Source: Gnetum montanum (taxonomy: Eukaryota > Plantae > Gnetophyta). Taken from it: DNA of 64,000 nucleotides. The notes below the pieces were generated by a model. It was given only the letters and a program-made list of their open reading frames with translations, was not told where the DNA came from and searched no databases. The stretch lies in contig MNCI01003248.1 of assembly GCA_015680685.1 (NCBI GenBank), positions 62,001 through 126,000 on the forward strand, read 5' to 3'. A program made the translations under genes and the position numbers. Shown here in pieces: positions 63,281 through 64,000 of this stretch (position 1 is its first letter; each line of letters starts with the position of its first letter).

Positions 63281-64000
63281 GCAGGGGATGGGAATACCCA
63301 AAACAAACCCACATTAAGTTGAAGTCTCATCCCCTTTGAAATTGTTAAGGAAATATTTGTTTAGCTTTGTGGCAATCATAAACCATTGGAGTCCAATGAT
63401 GGGTTGTTGAAGTTGCTACATTCTCAAGACATCAAGGAAGAATCTCAGATTAGGTGAAGTCTCCCTTGTAGTCTTCATGAATTGTGCATGTATTCATGAC
63501 TACAATTTGATTTAAGCATAAATATTAATTCCTGAACTTGTGATTAGAAGTTAGGATAAAGATGCATGTTTTTACTTATAAGTGATAGTCATAAGTGTGG
63601 ACTTGGTTTGGATTCAATCTTAATTTTTTTATGTCCTAATTATTCTTTTGACTTTTGAACCATTCCTCCATGAGATACAACTCGTGGGTTAGTCATAGAC
63701 AAGGTGACTTCTCTACAAGGAAAGAAAGACAATAATTAAAGGTATTTAGCATTGAATCTTGCTAAGCTCGCCAATTTGGCACTATTGTTGAGCAGGCTAG
63801 CAGAGTTAATCATCATCAAGAGTTCTGTATGTTTTACTTTCATTTTGTAATTTTATATTTTAGGTACATTTTATTTTATTTTATTTTATATTTCTTTCAT
63901 TTAAGTAATTTGAGAAATGGTTTATTTTACTTGTTTTTCTTACATTGAAAAATCCAAAAATAAGGAAAAGTCCCAGGAATCAGCTCCTCTTATTGTACAA

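Overview
Plant nuclear DNA, probably a gymnosperm-type TE-rich genome (inference), from a gapped short-read assembly. Bases ~548-4154 hold the last six coding exons of an intact five-finger CCCH zinc-finger gene of the ZFN1/C3H33 family; the first exon is probably upstream of the window. After ~6.5 kb of AT-rich intergenic DNA with small repeats, 10.7-64 kb is a nest of decayed Ty3/gypsy LTR retrotransposons. An Athila-like LTR (D, 10693-12240) carries an inverted solo LTR (E, TSD ATTGT). An Athila-like element (A, 3' LTR 12395-13297) sits next to D and has its pol split at the RT/RNase H junction by a 39.9-kb Tat/Ogre-type element (B, 20205-60112). B in turn contains a 20.1-kb relative (C, 29338-49466). 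The most notable observation is that in both B and C the gag-protease and RT-RH-aRH-INT frames are separated by a ~7-8 kb spacer. That spacer carries a homologous, intron-containing antisense gene with its own TATA box and a conserved phase-2 first intron. Each element also has its own family-specific palindromic ACGCT-core motif, multiplied both in the LTR and around this gene, plus a shared ~25-bp repeat array at three fixed positions. This layout suggests a retrotransposon-encoded, sequence-specific regulator or anti-silencing system analogous to VANDAL/VANC. That interpretation is a hypothesis; all copies here are pseudogenised.
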